Below are positions 1 through 13,113 of a DNA stretch of 64,000 nt, in pieces. Numbering within the stretch: position 1 is the first letter of the stretch; every line of letters begins with the position of its first letter. Made by a program: the position numbers and the translations under genes. The stretch comes from Macrostomum hystrix (lineage: Eukaryota > Animalia > Platyhelminthes): the NCBI GenBank assembly GCA_950097015.1, contig CATNEN010000038.1, positions 5,580,001 to 5,644,000 of the forward strand, given 5' to 3'. Below the pieces are notes generated by a model that made no database searches, was not told where the DNA came from, and saw only the letters and a list, made by a program, of their open reading frames with translations.

Positions 1-512
1 TCTACCCCAGCCTCTATCTCTGCCTCTATCCCTGCCTCTATCCCTGCCTCTATCCCTGCCTCTATCCCTGCCTCTATCCCTGCCTCTACCCCAGCCTCTA
101 TCTCTGCCTCTATCCCTGCCTCTATCTCTGCCTCTATCTCTGCCTCTATCCCAGCCTCTATCCCTGCCTCTATCTCTGCCTCTATCCCTGCCTCTACCCC
201 AGCCTCTATCTCTGCCTCTATCCCTGCCTCTATCCCTGCCTCTATCCCTGCCTCTATTCCAGCTGCCTCTATCCCTGCCTCTATCCCTGCCTCTATCCCT
301 CCCTTTATCCCTGCCTCTATCTCGGCCTCTATCTATGCCTCTATCCCTGCCTCTATCTCGGCCTCTATCCCAGCCTCTATCCCAGCCTCTATTCCAGCTG
401 CCTCTATCCCTGCCTCTATCCCTGCCTCTATCTCTGCCTCTATCTCGGCCTCTATCTATGCCTCTATCCCTGCCTCTATCTCGGCCTCTATCTATGCCTC
501 TATCCCTGCCTG
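1..512. repeat. 12-bp tandem repeat (CCTCTATCCCTG)n, truncated at window start
   Basis: Unit read directly; explains the PLSL ORF 335..565. Confidence 0.95.
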
Positions 513-1450
513 CATATCTTAGTTTAGTGCCAACAAAGAGATGGAAAAATGTGTTTCTACTTTAAATAGTCTGTTAATTGTTTGCGGTATTTATATTCAC
601 AATATATTGTCACATTGTCTTGTTTTTTTCTCTTTTATAGTTGCGTACATTGCAGACTTGTTGCGCGGTAAAACAAAATTTTAATTGATTGAACAAAGAA
701 TATCACGATAACATTCTCTCATCTCTAAACAAAAGTGCTTTATTTTTCTCTTTAATTCTGGTGACTTCTGGTAGAGTTTTGATAGCCTTAGGCTTATCTT
801 TGGCAAATATGGTTGAGGCTGGCACTGAGGTTTGTTCTCAAATAAAATATGTAAATATATATTGTTCATCTGATACTGACATAAAACATGCCAGTTCTTA
901 ATGACTAGCTTTTGTTGTTTTGTTTTTTACTAATTGGTTACTTGGTAATCTGTAATCATGTATGTATGTATACCTCTCATATTATTAATATATCTTTTTT
1001 TATTATTAACAAAATTAATATTTCGTTAGGTCTCGCTAGTTTTAGCAATTCCGTTACTTTCTCAATTTAGATATTTTCAAAAGTTCCGGTAATCGTTACT
1101 CCAATCGTTACTCCATTATAAATTGTTACAATTTCACAATGACAGTAGGTGAAACTGTACATTTTAGAGTTTGTGCGTCCATAAATATTATAATAATACG
1201 TTTTTTAATTTAAAGTAATGTTTCTTAGTTTTTAAGCCACCAAAATACGTTATTTTTTATTACGTTACTTTTTTTCAATTAGTTACTTTCTAAAGTGTGT
1301 AAGTTCTCAAAACTCACTTGTTTTGTAATTTAAAAAGTTTGTTTTTCAAAACTACGTTACTTTAAAAAAGATCGTTGGTTTTCTAATCGTTACTTTTATA
1401 CTTCCGTTTCTTTGCAATCTGCAACCTAATCGTTAATTTCAGTGCAGGGC

Positions 1451-2980
1451 ATGTCGCCATCGTCGCAGTTACGTCTGTCGCTGTCCATTGTGTCGCACGC
1501 TGCCGCCCTGCTAGCGGTGGTGGTGCCGCTCATTGTGTTGCACTCCGGTATCAGGCCTGTCTCACGGGTCTTCTTCTGTACAGACGAGAGCCTCTCCTAT
1601 CCCTACAAGCAGGACACCGTGTCCTTCCCTCTGGCGGTGGGCGCCGGCATCGGCGTTACCTTGGTAACCATCCTGGTGGTTGAAGCGCTCCGGTTGCTAG
1701 GCGGCCAGCCGGGATGCCGCGGTCCCCTGACCGACTGTCTGGAACGCCGGCTTTCTGAACGCACCGCCGGCTACGTCAGCGCCCTCATGCAGGCCTTCTT
1801 CGCCGCGAAATTCGGCGCCCTCTGTACCGAGCTGGTCACGCAGGCCAGCAAGCTCGGCTTCGGCAGGCCGCGGCCGTACTTTCTGGCCGCCTGCCAGCTG
1901 CTGAATGCCAGCGCCTGCCGGCCCGGCCTGCCGCTGGATCCGCTAGAAGCCTGCGGCGCCGCCACCGCGGCTGCCAAAGTGCTGGACGAAGCCAGACTGT
2001 CGTTCCCCAGCGGACACTCGTCATTCTGCATATTCGTGGCCACTTTCCTGGCGCTCTACCTGCATGCTCGGCTAGCATTTTCGCATCCGATGCACGCACT
2101 GAAGAATGTCTGTCAGCTGAGCCTGCTGGTGCTTGGCGGGTGAGTTCTTAACTGTTGTCTGAATTCCGTTATCAACTTCCGTTTGTTTTCAACTTCCGTT
2201 AATTTTCAACTTCCGTTTGTTTTTAACTTCCTTTTTTTCAACGTTCGTAAATTTTAACTTCTATTACTTTTTTACTTCCTTTTCTTTGACTTTCGAAACA
2301 TACTTTCGACTTTTAAAATGAACTGTAATAATTTACATGCGTTTAGTTTTCAACATTTTTAAAATAATTTTTTTATTTTCGTGTTTTATAAACTTCATTT
2401 ACTAATTTTTCCTTTGTACTATTTTGTCATTGACCGCTGTGAGCTTTCAATTTTTCATTTGTCATCGAGTTCCGTTAAATATTGACTTCTCTTAATTATC
2501 GACTTGCGTTAATTATCTACTTCCGTTAATTATCGACTTCCGTTAATTATCTACTTCCGTTGATTATCGACTTCGGTTTTGTGTATACTTTTTAATATCG
2601 ATAATTTTTATCCCTATAAAACTTCGTTTTCATTGTTTGGCGGCTTCCATTAATGATTATTTGCGAAATATTTTTTGGCGATTTCCTATACTTTACTATG
2701 AGTAGAAATGTGAACATTTTACTAAAACGCTATTAAATACAATTTCAGGTACGTTTGCATGTCGCGCGTGTCTGACTACCATCATCACTGGAGCGACATT
2801 CTGGCCGGCGGCTTCATCGGCGCCTTCTTCGGCTTCCTGATGTCGCTGAAATTCGCCTCCGGCCTGTCGGTCTATCGGCCGCAGCGATTGGTCGTGAGTG
2901 ACGGCAGCGCCACCAGCTACGAGCTGGTCGGCTCGACTGGCACCCCCGAACCGGTTGGAAAAACCGCGGATTTTCCCTGA
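1451..2980 (+). CDS. Phospholipid phosphatase (PAP2/LPP/wunen family), ~306 aa, 2 coding exons
   Basis: Exons 1451-2139 and 2749-2980 (phase-2 GT-AG). All three PAP2 motifs intact: KLGFGRPRP, FPSGH, SRVSDYHHHWSD; also the N-terminal FFCxDxSLxYPY motif. Confidence 0.93.
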
Positions 2981-3471
2981 AATCAAATTTTGCTGTTATA
3001 GCTGAGAATAGCAGAGTAAGATTTTCAATTTAAATGGTGTAAAATTTGTCTTCTCGAGGTCAGTGTTGGTTGGTCAGTTATAGTTATTTTAGTTTTTTAA
3101 ATAAATTCTAACATTGTTAGACTTTTATTTCTCTTATTTCGTTAGTTTTAAGTAAATATTAAATTTGGTTTAAAGTTGCTAACACTGACATCTCGATTTA
3201 ACGGCAGGTTTTTTTAATTACGGCTTTTAGTATTTTTTTCCTGGCCATGTTTCCTTGCTAAACTTGCTAAACTAACTTTGCTGGTGCTTTGTCATTTTAC
3301 AGTCCTTGTATTTTGTATTAATCTCAAAATAGAAAACTAACATTACCTGAATCACATTAACAATTTTTTTTCTTAGCTGTGTATTGTCTTGCTTTTTTAA
3401 CATTTCATGGCTGCTTTTTAATAACAGTTTTTTCTCGTGTTAATAGCTTTTTGCTAAGTGCGTTTAAAACA

Positions 3472-5262
3472 GTTTAATGAGTGTGTTTAGGACTGTTTAC
3501 TGAGTGTGTTTAAGACTGTTTACTGAGTGTGTTTAAGACTGTTTACTGAGTGTGTTTAAGACTGTTTACTGATTGTGTTTAGGACTGTTTACTGAGTGTG
3601 TTTAGGACTGTTTACTGAGTGTGTTTAGGACTGTTTACTGAGTGTGTTTAGGACTGTTTACTGAGTGTGTTTAGGACTGTTTACTGAGTGTGTTTAGGAC
3701 TGTTTACTGAGTGTGTTTAGGACTGTTTACTGAGTGTGTTTAAGACAGTTAACTGAGTGTGTTTAAGACTGTTTACTGAGTGTGTTTAAGACAGTTAACT
3801 GAGTGTGTTTAAGACTGTTTACTGAGTGTGTTTAAGACAGTTAACTGAGTGTATTTAAGACTGTTTACTGAGTGTGTTTAGGACTGTTTACTGAGTGTGT
3901 TTAAGACTGTTTACTGAGTGTGTTTAGGACTGTTTACTGAGTGTGTTTAAGACTGTTTACTGAGTGTGTTTAGGACTGTTTACTGAGTGTGTTTAGGACT
4001 GTTTACTGAGTGTGTTTAAGACTGTTTACTGAGTGTGTCTAGGACTGTTTACTGAGTGTGTTTAGGACTGTTTACTGAGTGTGTTTAGGACTGTTTACTG
4101 AGTGTGTTTAGGACTGTTTACTGAGTGTGTTTAGGACTGTTTACTGAGTGTGTTTAGGACTGTTTACTGAGTGTGTTTAAGACAGTTAACTGAGTGTATT
4201 TAAGACTGTTTACTGAGTGTGTTTAGGACTGTTTACTGAGTGTGTTTAAGACTGTTTACTGAGTGTGTTTAGGACTGTTTACTGAGTGTGTTTAAGACTG
4301 TTTACTGAGTGTGTTTAGGACTGTTTACTGAGTGTGTTTACGACTGTTTACTGAGTGTGTTTAGGACTGTTTACTGAGTGTGTTTAGGACAGTTTAATGA
4401 GTGTGTTTAGGACTGTTTACTGAGTGTGTTTAAGACTGTTTACTGAGTGTGTTTAGGACTGTTTACTGAGTGTGTTTAGGACTGTTTACTGAGTGTGTTA
4501 AGGACTGTTTACTGAGTGTGTTTAGGACTGTTTACTGAGTGTGTTTAGGACTGTTTACTGAGTGTGTTAAGGACTGTTTACTGAGTGTGTTTAGGACTGT
4601 TTACTGAGTGTGTTAAGGACTGTTTACTGAGTGTGTTTAGGACTGTTTACTGAGTGTGTTTAGGACTGTTTACTGAGTGTGTTTAGGACTGTTTACTGAG
4701 TGTGTTTAGGACTGTTTACTGAGTGTGTTTAGGACTGTTTACTGAGTGTATTTAAGACTGTTTACTGAGTGTATTTAAGACTGTTTACTGAGTGTGTTTA
4801 GGACTGTTTACTGATTGTGTTTAGGACTGTTTACTGAGTGTGTTTAAGTCTGTTTACTGAGTGTGTTTAGGACTGTTTACTGAGTGTGTTTAAGACTGTT
4901 TACTGAGTGTGTTTAGGACTGTTTACTGAGTGTGTTTAGGACTGTTTACTGAGTGTGTCTAGGACTGTTTACTGAGTGTGTTTAAGACTGTTTACTGAGT
5001 GTGTTTAAGTCTGTTTACTGAGTGTGTTTAAGACTGTTTACTGAGTGTGTTTAAGACTGTTTACTGAGTGTGTTTAGGACTGTTTACTGAGTGTGTTTAG
5101 GACTGTTTACTGAGTGTGTCTAGGACTGTTTACTGAGTGTGTTTAAGACTGTTTACTGAGTGTGTTTAAGTCTGTTTACTGAGTGTGTTTAAGACTGTTT
5201 ACTGAGTGTGTTTAAGACTGTTTACTGAGTGTGTTTAAGAATTTTTTTACTGAGTGTGTTTA
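3472..5262. repeat. 23-bp minisatellite (GGACTGTTTACTGAGTGTGTTTA)n, ~77 units
   Basis: Direct reading; G/A unit variants. Confidence 0.97.
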
Positions 5263-5827
5263 AAAGTGTTTTAGCAATTTTGCTCGAAGCAGTTTTTTCT
5301 GAGGTCTCCAACAATTTATTTATATTTTGAACTGCGTTTTCTGATACCAAACACACACATTTTTGGTATGTTTTTTCTCGTGATATATTTTCTTTACACA
5401 TTATTTTCATTCCAATTCTGTTAGCTAACTTCGGCTAAGACATTTTCCCAGCATTATACTTTTTAATTGTTTCTACTCGTAGATTGGATATTGGATATAA
5501 ATTTTAATCTACTCTATGGTGTTCTCAATAGCTTATTTTATTCAAATTATTCAATACATCGTTGAAGTGTCGTCTTGCGTCTAGTCCATTTATCGATGAT
5601 TTATTAAATTAGTAAACTCAGTTCATAGCTAGCATAGCTTTCAATTGACATTAGCCTCAGAAGTTGTTATTGAGCTAAGTTAGCAGCTTAGTGCTTATCT
5701 GTCACAGTCAGTTACAGTTTAACTTGGATAAATTTTGTGAGTTGAATCTCTGTGCAAATTATGCCACCAGGCGTTAGTTACTTAGCAGTTCACTTGGCTG
5801 GAGTAAAACTTTAAGTGTGCCGCACCT

Positions 5828-5946
5828 ATTTCACCCCAGTTTTATTACTGATGCACATTTAACAGCTGGGTGAACTGAAGCAATGTTGAGTAGGGAGTCG
5901 AGGCACCGACCTACAAGCCGTGAGTCCAACGCTTTAATCACTAGCC
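5828..5946 (-). mobile_element. SINE family B fragment (internally deleted)
   Basis: Homology to 9994-10227 and 52105-52390 (CTTCAGTTCACCCAGCTGTTAAAT, GGACTCACG). Confidence 0.65.
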
Positions 5947-5985
5947 TTCTACTGTTTTGTGTGTCAAATCTAAATTTTAGTAGTA

Positions 5986-6345
5986 AAAATAATAATTGCA
6001 GAAGGGCTGCGGGCAGTGGCACATCATTTGGTGACACTGGACCCGCAGCCAGCGTGGAGGCAATTCTGCCCATTTCGCTGACTCCTGAGCACACACGCAC
6101 ACGGATACTGTACGCAGGCATACGCTCACACAGGTGTGTACATCTGCACTGACTTTCTCATCGTCAGGCAGTGTAAACTTGACTGTGCCTTGGGGGTTGG
6201 CCCTCAAGGGCGTAAATTGCACGACAAGCCCCCAAGCCTTCTCTCCGCGGCTGCGCCCCAAATAAATGTGGCCTCGCCGCGGAATCGAGCTCAGGGACCT
6301 TGGCGCGAGAGGCAAACTCTTTAGACCGTTCTGCCACCGACCCCC
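5986..6345 (-). mobile_element. SINE family A (tRNA-derived head, ATT tail), full length
   Basis: A-box TGGCAGAACGG, B-box GAGCTCGATTCC, (ATT)n tail; about 9 homologous copies in the window. Confidence 0.88.
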
Positions 6346-6635
6346 TCTCAACTTTTTAGTTTGCCTTTATGATATATTTAAATATATGAAATGTTGATTG
6401 GTTGTGTTCCAATCTGTATATTGGGTGCTTTGATCTGTCCTGCTTGTTAGTTTGCCAAGTTAGAATTTCTCTAACCCAGCCGGCAGTCCAGCCTACTAGA
6501 AACCCATCTGATTGGTCCAGCTTTGACTGCGTCCAATGGCTTGGCAGTGTCGGGTCTGGCAGTTAAGAACCCCGTGGCGCTTGCTTAGTCCACACCGGGC
6601 CGTGACCAGCAGGGAGACTGCGCCGCAGATCCAGC

Positions 6636-9452
6636 ATGTTGAAGGCGAACCCGACAGCGCAAAGGCCGGCAGCCAACAGCGGCGACTTAGCGACTGTTGA
6701 GCAGGTTGAGCAGTGTAGAGCCGTGACAGCAGACACCGCCTTGCCGCTCAACGGTTCCCTCCGACTATCCAGCTGTCGCCTGCCAGGAGCTCCCCGGCCA
6801 GCTGGCCAGCGATGTCGTCAGCGCCGTCGTCAGCGCCGTCGCCATCACCGATGGTCACACTACGGCCTGTCCGCCATGTTCAAAGACTTCGCCGGAAACA
6901 CTAGCGCTCACGGTATTCGGCAGTTGGCGCAGGCAAACGGCTGGTGCCGGCGCATTGTGTGGGCCGCCATTCTTACTGTGGTGTCAGCCGGTGTCGTCAC
7001 GCACCTGACCGTGGAGGTCATGCACTATTTCTCCTATCCAATCAGCGTGCAGACCAGCTTCATCCTAGGCGGTTACGCCTTCCCGGACGTGATCATCTGC
7101 GACCCGATTGGCCCCATCAATCCCAGCTTGAAGCTTCGGCGAAACGCCAGCCGCAGTCCCGCTGGCGATCTCTTGATGGGCGCTGAGGACACCGTTGTGC
7201 TGCCGGACTCCGGGGAGCTGCAGCAGAAGGACAAATTCAGGTTCTACCTCAGCCACTTCATCGATCTGCCTGCCAGCGGGCTGCAGCCTGCGGATTACAT
7301 CATCTTCTGCCGCTACCAGAAGCAGCCTTGCACTTTTCGCAACTTCACCGTGTACTATCATCACGACTTCATGAACTGCTTCGTGTTCCGGCCGCCAACT
7401 CGCCTGGTGTCCGCGGCTGGTCCAGACAATGGCCTCATCCTTGTCCTGAACGTGCCTCGGCGCTCCTCTGTTGAGTCCTTCTCTGAATTCGGCGAGCGCT
7501 ACGAAGAGGCCCTGCTGCCATTGGGACTGCGTGTGTCACTGCAGCAATCGGACACTGTGCCCAGGCCTAGCGAGGCTGGCTGGTTGCTACCCAAGGGTAT
7601 GCTCACGGAGATCAGCACCTGGCACTTCCGGTTAGTTGGGGATCTTGTGACTGACCCACATTGGCTTGGCATTAGTCACTGCAATTGGATCGGAACTGTG
7701 TCTTAGATCATGACAGGTTCTGGCTGTCACTATTAAGACAGGATCTTGGATTCTTGAATTTCTCTCTCAAGACAGGATCTTGGATTCTTGAATTTCTCTC
7801 TCAAGACAGGATCTTAAATGTCACTTCTAAGACAGGATCTTGAATGCCACTTCTAAGACAGGACCTTGACTGTCACTCTTGAGACACGATCTTGAATGTC
7901 ACTCGTGAGTCCTTGATGGTGCTCCAAATGTTAGACCATCCGCACGGGTTCCACCCGCAGTTCAGTGTTGGCCAACACACCGCTGGCCCCCTGCTCCGGA
8001 GAGAGCAGCACGATACGTCAGCGCAACCACGCCACTGGGCTCAGCGAGGAGTTTAACTATCGAAAGGAGGACTGTGACTATCAGCAGATGCTGCAGCGAG
8101 CCGGTGTTGTCTGCAACTGCTCCGTGCACTCCGATTACCCTCCGAGCGAGGCGCAAGGCAACTCAACAGCAGCCGGCGCTGGGTCTCGCTTCGTCAGCTG
8201 CCACGATCCATTCGTCATCAGCCGGCGACTGTTTGAAACCATCCTGCGGATGCGCAAGGCCGGCCATAAGCACGTCGGAGACCAGGCCGCTCAGCCGGCC
8301 ATCGATATACTCGAAGCCGCCGCGGCACCGCTTAACCGCATCATCGACTGCTTCCAGGTGGGGGGTTGTCAGCGTCCCAACATTCCAGAATATCTAAATT
8401 ACAGCATCCCAACACTCAGCACCTAAAGCACCTAACTTCCGAAATCCCAACACCCAACACTCTAAGCCCAGCAGCCCAACATCCCAACACCCAACACCCA
8501 ACACCCAACACCCATCATCCAAACATCCCAACATCCCAACATCCAACATCCCAACACCCAGCATCCCAACACCCATCATCCAAACATCCCAACACCCCAA
8601 CATCCCAACATCCCAACACCCAACATCCCAACACCCAACATCCCAACATCCCATCATCCCAACACCCAGCACCCAACATCCAACATCCCAACATCCAAAC
8701 ACCCAACTTTCCAACACGCAACACCCAACATCCAAACACCCAACATCCCAACACCCAACAGCCCAACACCCATCATACCAACACCCAGCACCCAACATCC
8801 CAACATCCCAACACCCAACATCCCAACATCCAACATCCCAACACGCAACACCCAACACCCAATATCCCAACACCCAACATCATCGCAGGAGGCCCGCAAG
8901 CAGCTAGTTTCAAGCTCGACCTGCCCGAATCCTTGCGAATTTGATAACTACGTGACAGCCGTCTCTCAGGCCCTGTGGCCGCAGCAGGAGCTGCTGAGTC
9001 GCATCAAGGAGCTGCTGCTTGACGCGATCCATCAAGAGTATTATGAGACCGTGCGACAGCACGGCCTGCAGGACTCGCTCATCCACCCGCTCAAGCCGGA
9101 CTTCTGGGACCAGTTCGCTGCCCTGGAGGGCTGCACCGCGCCTGACTGCTTCAGCCGAATCAACCGCCAGATCTTCAGCTTCATGGAGGAGAATTTCCTG
9201 GAGCTCAGAGTGTTTCCCCGCAGTCTGGACATTCAGTACACGGAGGAGCGATGCAATTTCCCATTGAGCAGCCTGCTGTCCCAGCTGGGCGGTTTGAGCG
9301 GCCTTTGGCTCGGCATCAGCATCGTCACGATCTGCGAGTTCCTCGACTTTCTTGGCGCCCTGCTGCGACGGCTGCTGGGCCGGGCATTCAGGGAGCGGCT
9401 GACAGCGAAGCCGGAGCTCACTGACTCTGTGGAGTTGGCAAACTGCGTCTAG
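6636..9452 (+). CDS. DEG/ENaC family sodium channel (FaNaC/ASIC-like), ~651 aa, 3 exons
   Basis: Exons 6636-7630, 7961-8357, 8889-9452 are phase-consistent. Motifs: TSAHG pre-TM1, FPDVIIC, Cys-rich thumb (CPNPC), TM2 LLSQLGGLSGLWLGISIVTICE. Confidence 0.92.
7735..7905. repeat. Degenerate ~26-34 bp intronic repeat (AAGACAGGATCTTG...)
   Basis: Direct reading, ENaC intron 1. Confidence 0.75.
8400..8882. repeat. (CCCAACA[T/C]) low-complexity repeat filling ENaC intron 2
   Basis: Direct reading; runs up to the acceptor at 8887-8888. Confidence 0.9.
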
Positions 9453-9559
9453 GGGTAGCCGTAATGCAGGTAGATTTTGTCCGTAGATTCCCATCTAGTG
9501 TTTCATTGTGCTATCCTGTCTATAGACTAACCTAATTTCTATAATTATATACATAATTT

Positions 9560-10227
9560 ATTAAACTTGTCTACTTGGGCCCGATGTGCAGCCGACAGCA
9601 CAGCCGAAGCTATTGCGCGGCGCAGGGGGTCGGTGGCAGAGCTGTTAACGCGTTTGCCTCTCGCGCCAAGGTCCCTGAGCTCGATTCCGCGACGAGGCCA
9701 CATTTATTTGGGGCGCAGCCGCGGAGAGAAGGCTTGGGGGCTTGTCGTACAGTTAACGCCCTTGAGGACCAACCTCCAAGGCACAGTCAAATGTACACTG
9801 CCTGACGATGAGAAAGTCGGGTCAGATGTACACACCTGTGTCAGCGCGTGCCTGCGTACAGTATCTGTGTGCGTGTGTCCTCAGGAGTCAGCGAAATGGG
9901 CAGAATTTCCTCCTCGCTGGCTGCGGGTCTAGTGTCACTGAATGATGTGCCATTGCCGCAGCCCTCCTGCAATTATTGTTAATGCGCGGCGCATCTGAAG
10001 GCTGCGTAGGACTGTTCAGTCCATGGACTGGGGGGACGCCACACCCACCCTCAATTACCCCAGCCAATGCTGGTACCCATTTAACAGTTGGGTGAACTGA
10101 AGCAATGCAGAGTTAAGTGTCTTGCTAAAGGACACAAATTGTTCCAGTAGAGTCGGGAATCGAACCACCGACCAAGACTTACGACTTTAAAGTCGTGAGT
10201 CCGGCGCTCTATTAGCACTAGGCTACC
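9560..10227 (-). mobile_element. SINE family B (tRNA-like head, CORE-like central domain), interrupted by a SINE-A insertion
   Basis: Minus strand: B-box GGTTCGATTCCC, TGTGTCCTTTAGCAAGACACTTAAC...CTGTTAAATGGGTACC (CORE-like). The 3' part continues at 9560-9613. Confidence 0.8.
9625..9982 (+). mobile_element. SINE family A, full length, with 11-bp TSD TGCGCGGCGCA
   Basis: TSD at 9614-9624 and 9983-9993; A/B boxes; AATTATTGTT tail. Confidence 0.92.
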
Positions 10228-10964
10228 GTAGATGTGTGCATTTCTATAGACACATCTAGATTCATGTTTTTACAAATCTATGGAACTTTATGCATGTTGA
10301 GTCTATTGAGCATGACTGTCTATAGAAATTGCACAGTATTTTCAGGCAGAACTAGTCAAGGTAAATGTTAGCTTCAATGACATGACGTAAGAAATTTTCA
10401 TTTCCTCATCTTGCCATGTGACAGCCAAGTCGCTGCAAATTTCTTTCAAACATTTCCCCAGCGCAATTTAATCTGCGCTGAGCTTATGCTATTCTCTGGA
10501 CTCAATTAGCGGTTAATCTTTAAATACAAACAAGCGGTCATTCAAATGAGTGTCTCTTCTATCTAATTTGTTTTTTCCCAGTTACAATTTGCTAGCCTAA
10601 AAACAGAGCAGGGCACGGAAAGCGTGCCGGAAACCGTGCCCTGCTGGGTTGAGTTTAAAACTCAAAACACTGTTCTCCACAGTTCAATTTGCTTACCAAT
10701 TTGTGTGAGCAGCAGCAGCAGCAGCAGCAGCGGCAGCAGACTCAGGCACTCTCTAGAGAGAAGGGAGTTCAACTTGCTGGTTTCTGAATCAAATGGGGGT
10801 ATTGCTTCACTGCTCAGGGCCAGGACCTGTCGGGAAAGCCGATACTCAAAAAAATATTTTTATTTGCTCAACTTTAGCTGCAACTCATCCGCGCGCTTTG
10901 CTGCCCCTGATCATCAATTGAGACACTTAACACTGTCGTCTTCCTGGGCTTTCACCTCTTCTGC

Positions 10965-11130
10965 CTGTCTATGACCATCTTCAGCCAATCTATGACCATC
11001 TTCTGCCAATCTATGACCATCTTCTGCCAATCTATGACCATCTTCTGCCTGTCTATGACCATCTTCTGCCAATCTTTGACCATCTTCAGCCAATCTATGA
11101 CTAATATTCTGCCTATCTATGACCGTCTTC
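10965..11130. repeat. 21-bp tandem repeat (TATGACCATCTTCTGCCAATC)n
   Basis: Direct reading. Confidence 0.9.
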
Positions 11131-11659
11131 TGGCAATATATGACTTTGTATGGCTATCTGTAGCCTTAGTTTCCCCTTACCTTGCATCATTCTTTAATTA
11201 GATTCATCCGGCACATGCTTTGATTTCTTGTAAAAAATCAATTTCTATATTTTATATCTGTTCCATTCTATTTGCGTGCAAATCAATGATCTGGCGATAA
11301 ATGTGATTCTAATCTTGGCATTGAGCTTTCGATGAAGTTTGAGCATAGGAGAGACTGACTTGATTGATTAGTCAAAGTTAGTCCCATTGCACTGCAATAT
11401 GGATTATCTTCGCAAGCACAACTGCGGTCAAGATTTGGTTCGTCAATTTTTGCTGGAATCCCCATATGGGAAGAATTCAGAAATCCTTTATTCGCTGTGC
11501 TTTGCTTAACTGACTCGCTGTCCCGAGGGAAAGTTAAAAAAAAACTTTTTTTGCCAATTTTAAATAGGATTAGTGGGAAAGTTGGAAGGATTTTATTATG
11601 ATGAAAAAATGACGAATCTGTTCCTAAGATTACACCGTTTTCCACCATTTTTTGTTTCT

Positions 11660-12702
11660 TCTGGAGTTGGGATGTTTCTGCTGGTGTTGTGTGGTTTCAG
11701 TTAGTGTTGTGGGGTTTCTGCTGGTGTTTTGGACTTTCTGTGGGTGTTGTGGGGTTTCCGTGGGTGTTGTGGGGTTTCCGTGGGTGTTGTGGAGTTTCTG
11801 TGGGTGTTGTGGGGTTTCTGTGGGTGTTGTGGCGTTTCTGTGGGTGTTGTGGGGTTTCTGTGGGTGTTGTGGGGTTTCTGTGGGTGTTGTGGGGTTTCTG
11901 TGGGTGTTGTGGGGTTTCTGTTAGTGTTGTGGGGTTTCTGTGGGTGTTGTGGGGTTTCTGTTAGTGTTGTGGGGTTTCTGTGGGTGTTGTGGGGTTTCTG
12001 TGGGTGTTGTGGGGTTTCTGTTAGTGTTGTGGGGTTTCTGTGGGTGTTGTGGGGTTTCTGTTAGTGTTGTGGGGTTTCTGTGGGTGTTGTGGGGTTTCTG
12101 TTAGTGTTGTGGGGTTTCTGCTGGTGTTGTGGGGTTTCTGTGGGTGTTGTGGGGTTTCTGTTAGTTTTGTGGGGTTTCTGTGGGTGTTTTGGGGTTTCTG
12201 TTAGTGTTGTGGGGTTTCTGTGGGTGTTGTGGGGTTTCTGTTAGTGTTGTGGGGTTTCTGTGGGTGGTGTGTGGTTTCTGTGGTGTTGTGGGGTTTCTGC
12301 TGGTGTTGTGGGGTTTCTGCTGGTGTTGTGGGGTTTCTGTGGGTGTTTTGGGGTTTCTGTTAGTGTTGTGGGGTTTCTGTGGGTGTTGTGGGGTTTCTGT
12401 GGGTGTTGTGGGGTTTCTGTGGGTGTTGTGGGGTTTCTGTGGGTGTTGTGGGGTTTCTGTGGGTGTTGTGGGGTTTCTGTGGGTGTTGTGGGGTTTCTGT
12501 TAGTGTTGTGGGGTTTCTGTGGGTGTTGTAGGGTTTCTGCTGGTGGTGTGGAGTTTCTGTGGGTGTTGTGGAGTTTCTGTGGGTGTTGCGGGGTTTCTGT
12601 GGGTGTTTTGGGGTTTCTGTTAGTGTTGTGGGGTTTCTGTGGGGTTGTGTGGTTTCTGTTAGTGTTGTGGGGTTTCTGCTGGTGTTTTGGGGTTTCTGTT
12701 AG
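11660..12702. repeat. 20-bp GT-rich minisatellite (GGGGTTTCTGTGGGTGTTGT)n
   Basis: Direct reading; source of the spurious Cys/Val-rich ORFs. Confidence 0.97.
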
Positions 12703-13113
12703 AAGAGCCTTACTGACTATAAGAATTTCTTTTCATTCGATCCATTGTGAGATTTCTCTCTACAGCTTTTAAGCTACAAAGTTATAATTTATAGTATAGT
12801 TTGTAAGCCCTAATTTGATATTTCTTTCAAGGTAATCTAACTCTGCCTCTACCTCTGCTGTTTAGTTGAGGTTTGCAATGCAGTTGGTGTGTAGTGATGT
12901 TGTTATTCGTTCGTTTATCTTCGCCAGTAGTTTTGGTGCAAGCCAACCTCAACCTGCTGCAAGCGAATATCAATGTTATCAGCACTGGTAAATCTTAATA
13001 AATTACTTGCAGCCGTTGCGAATTTGGTCTACGGTGACAATGCGCTCGACATTGCCAACCTGGGACATACGAAATCTCACGGTCAACACGGATAGCTGCT
13101 TTTGAACAGCGAC

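Noticed and set aside
5977-6351. Recurrent ORFs LAPRSLSSIPRRGHIYLG... (also 9567, 34798, 51713, 53973)
   Set aside because: Translations of SINE-A copies with inconsistent frames and stops; non-coding
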